A stretch of DNA of 64,000 bases, from positions 5,022,001-5,086,000 of the forward strand of contig NC_043020.1 of NCBI RefSeq assembly GCF_006345805.1, given 5' to 3'. Below the pieces are notes generated by a model. It did no database searches, was not told the origin of the DNA, and worked only from the letters and a program-made list of their open reading frames with translations. Each line of letters begins with the position of its first letter. Position 1 is the stretch's first letter. Made by a program: the position numbers and the translations under genes. The stretch is from Octopus sinensis. Taxonomy: Eukaryota. Positions 61,876-64,000 of the stretch are shown in pieces.

Positions 61876-62863
61876 TTCCCAAACTTTTATGGACTGCCAC
61901 CCCCTTGACACCCAGGCCACATTCCTAGCACTCCCACCCCCAACTGACCATCACAATCACAGACCTCTTTCTGAAGCAAATTCAAACCAACCGTATTTCA
62001 CAAATAAATCTTAACCTCACGAACCCATTATTTTGTTGTTTTTACATGAAACGCCACCCCATTATTACCCCACTTTCCTTTAACGTCCCCCTAGGAACTT
62101 TCCACTCCCCCCAGGAGATCAATACCACCCACTTTGGGAACCACCGTACTGGAGTATGTGACATGGTCTACATCCTGTCCACACCCCTTCCCCGTCATGG
62201 CTTTTCATACCTGGGCAAGGCTGACAGTTACCTGTGCTTCCGACTTTGTCCTTTCTGCATAACGGTTCTGCTATTCTGTCACTCTTGATTGGTTCATTTT
62301 GTTTACCAAAACCTGAAAGCATGAAAGGCAAAGTTGACCTCGACGTGATTTGAACCCAGAACGCACATCATCATCATCATCATCATCATTGTCTAATGCC
62401 TGTTTTCCATGGTAACTTGGGCTGGATGGTTTGACAGGAGCTGGAAAGGCCGGCTGGCAGAGGCCACACCAGGCTCCCATTGTCCGTTGTGGCAGGGTTT
62501 CTACAGCTGGATGCCCTTCCTAATGCTGACCACTCCACAGAGTGTGCTGGGTGCTTGTTTATGTGGCACCAGCACCAGTGCTTTTTATGATAATGATGAT
62601 GATGATGGTGTTCATGGTTATAATGATATTGATGATGATGGTAATGTTGATGGTATTGTGGTTTATTATGTTGGTGATGATGATGACAATAGTATTGTTG
62701 ATTGATATGATGATGGTGATGGTGTTCTTGATTATAATGATAGTGATGTTGATGATGATGTTGGTACTGGTGATGGTGTTGTTGATGATGATGATGGTGT
62801 TGAATGTTGTTGTCAATGATTGTTATGATGAAGATCTCTTTTTTTTTTTTTCTCTGTGTCCAG

Positions 62864-63032
62864 AAAGACAGCAAGGAACTTCAACCCACCAATGGCCAAA
62901 GCTGGCCAAATAACAATAGCCGAAGTTGAAGAAATTGTTGATGTTGGTGCATTTGCCCCCGAAGACATTCATCTGCCGCACATCTACGTCCAAAGAGTAA
63001 TCCAAGGGTCCCACTACGAGAAACGAATCGAA
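62864..63032 (+). CDS. OXCT1: OXCT1 exon 7 (gene continues beyond window)
   Basis: tgtgtccag| (R)[56 protein letters not shown] |gtaagg; 169 bp, phase 2 to 0. Confidence 0.97.
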
Positions 63033-63261
63033 GTAAGGTTCTCTTCCCTCCTTTCCTTTTTGCTCCCTGTTCCCCCAGCCCCCTGCTGCACTTCAGTCCC
63101 TAACCTCAGAGAAATAACTTAGAAATAGTAACCAAAGCTTCCTCAAATCAGACTCCATGATTTAAAATGTTTACACGTGAATGACTGCTGATAAGTTATA
63201 TGCAAGTAGAGAATATCAGAAAACCAAGGGCCAACATTTTGTGTGGGGGTCACTAGTTATT

Positions 63262-63855
63262 GTCGCACCGAGGCAACGACTAGTGACTGAGACCTTTGGA
63301 AATATGCTGTGCATGAGAAGACCCGGCAAGCCCATAGCCCGTGGCCTATGCCAGGGGTGTAACCAGCCCACTTATGCGTACCTTTCCTTCATTGGACACT
63401 AAACCCTGCTTGCAAAGACCTGTTGAGGCAAATGAAATCAAAATTGAAATCAAATTCAATGACTGGCATCCATGCTAGTGGAGCGCTAAGAGCACCATCT
63501 GAGCATGATCATTGCCAGAGCAGCTGACTGGCTTCTGTGCCGGTGGCACGAAAAAAGCACCATTCGAGTGTGATTGTTACCAGCGTCACCTTACTGGCAC
63601 TTGTACTGGTGGCACATAAAAAATACCATTTAAGCGTGGCTGTTGCCAGTACTGCCTGACTGGCCCTCATGCCGGCGGCATGTAAAAGCACCCACTACAC
63701 TCTCGGAGTGGTTGGTGTTAGGAAGGGCATCCAGCTGTAGAAACTCTGCCAGATCTGATTGGAGCCTGGTGCAGCCATCTGGTTCGCCAGTCCTCAGTCA
63801 AATCGTCCAACCCATGCTAGCATGGAAAGCAGACGTTAACCGATGATGATGATGA
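63262..63855 (+). mobile_element. RTE LINE 3' end (ORF terminus plus UTR)
   Basis: ...DLWKYAVHEKTRQ* followed by the UTR with GGTGGCAC hairpin units and (GAT)n tail. Confidence 0.8.
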
Positions 63856-64000
63856 TACATATATATATCATCATCATCATCGTCGTTTAGCGTCCGTTTT
63901 CCATGCTAGCATGGGTTGGACGGTTCTACTGGGGTCTGTGAAGCCAGAAGGTTTCATCAGGCCCAGTCAAATCTGGCAGTGTTTCTACGGCTGGATGCCC

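Noticed and set aside
61182-62014. 248-, 252- and 206-aa ORFs
   Set aside because: Stop-free frames of the 32-bp minisatellite.

Overview
Animal genomic DNA, most likely Octopus, judged from the tRNA-derived SINE families, RTE tails ending in (GAT)n and heavy TA/CA/GATA microsatellite load. Two genes are supported. (1) On the + strand, OXCT1 (mitochondrial succinyl-CoA:3-oxoacid CoA transferase, SCOT): seven coding exons between 34570 and 63032, continuing beyond the window. Exon 1 encodes a mitochondrial presequence and is missing from the ORF track. (2) On the - strand, a death-fold gene with a CARD exon (10882-11416) and a TRADD-N-like exon. That second exon is broken by a ~1.1 kb inversion bounded by 121-bp inverted copies of exon sequence and a 58-bp perfect palindrome; re-inverting the segment would restore the exon. 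The rest is mobile DNA: two mariner relics, a maT/Tc1-like fragment, Penelope-like GIY-YIG/RT relics, CR1/L2, RTE and L1/Tx1 LINE pieces, several SINE families, Merlin-like and piggyBac-like MITEs and a non-autonomous Helitron. The most striking unexplained pattern is about ten minimal type I hammerhead-ribozyme motifs from several unrelated repeat families. Most sit in fold-back structures, and one family carries a tRNA-like Pol III head. All folds and alignments were done by eye; nothing was computed or searched.
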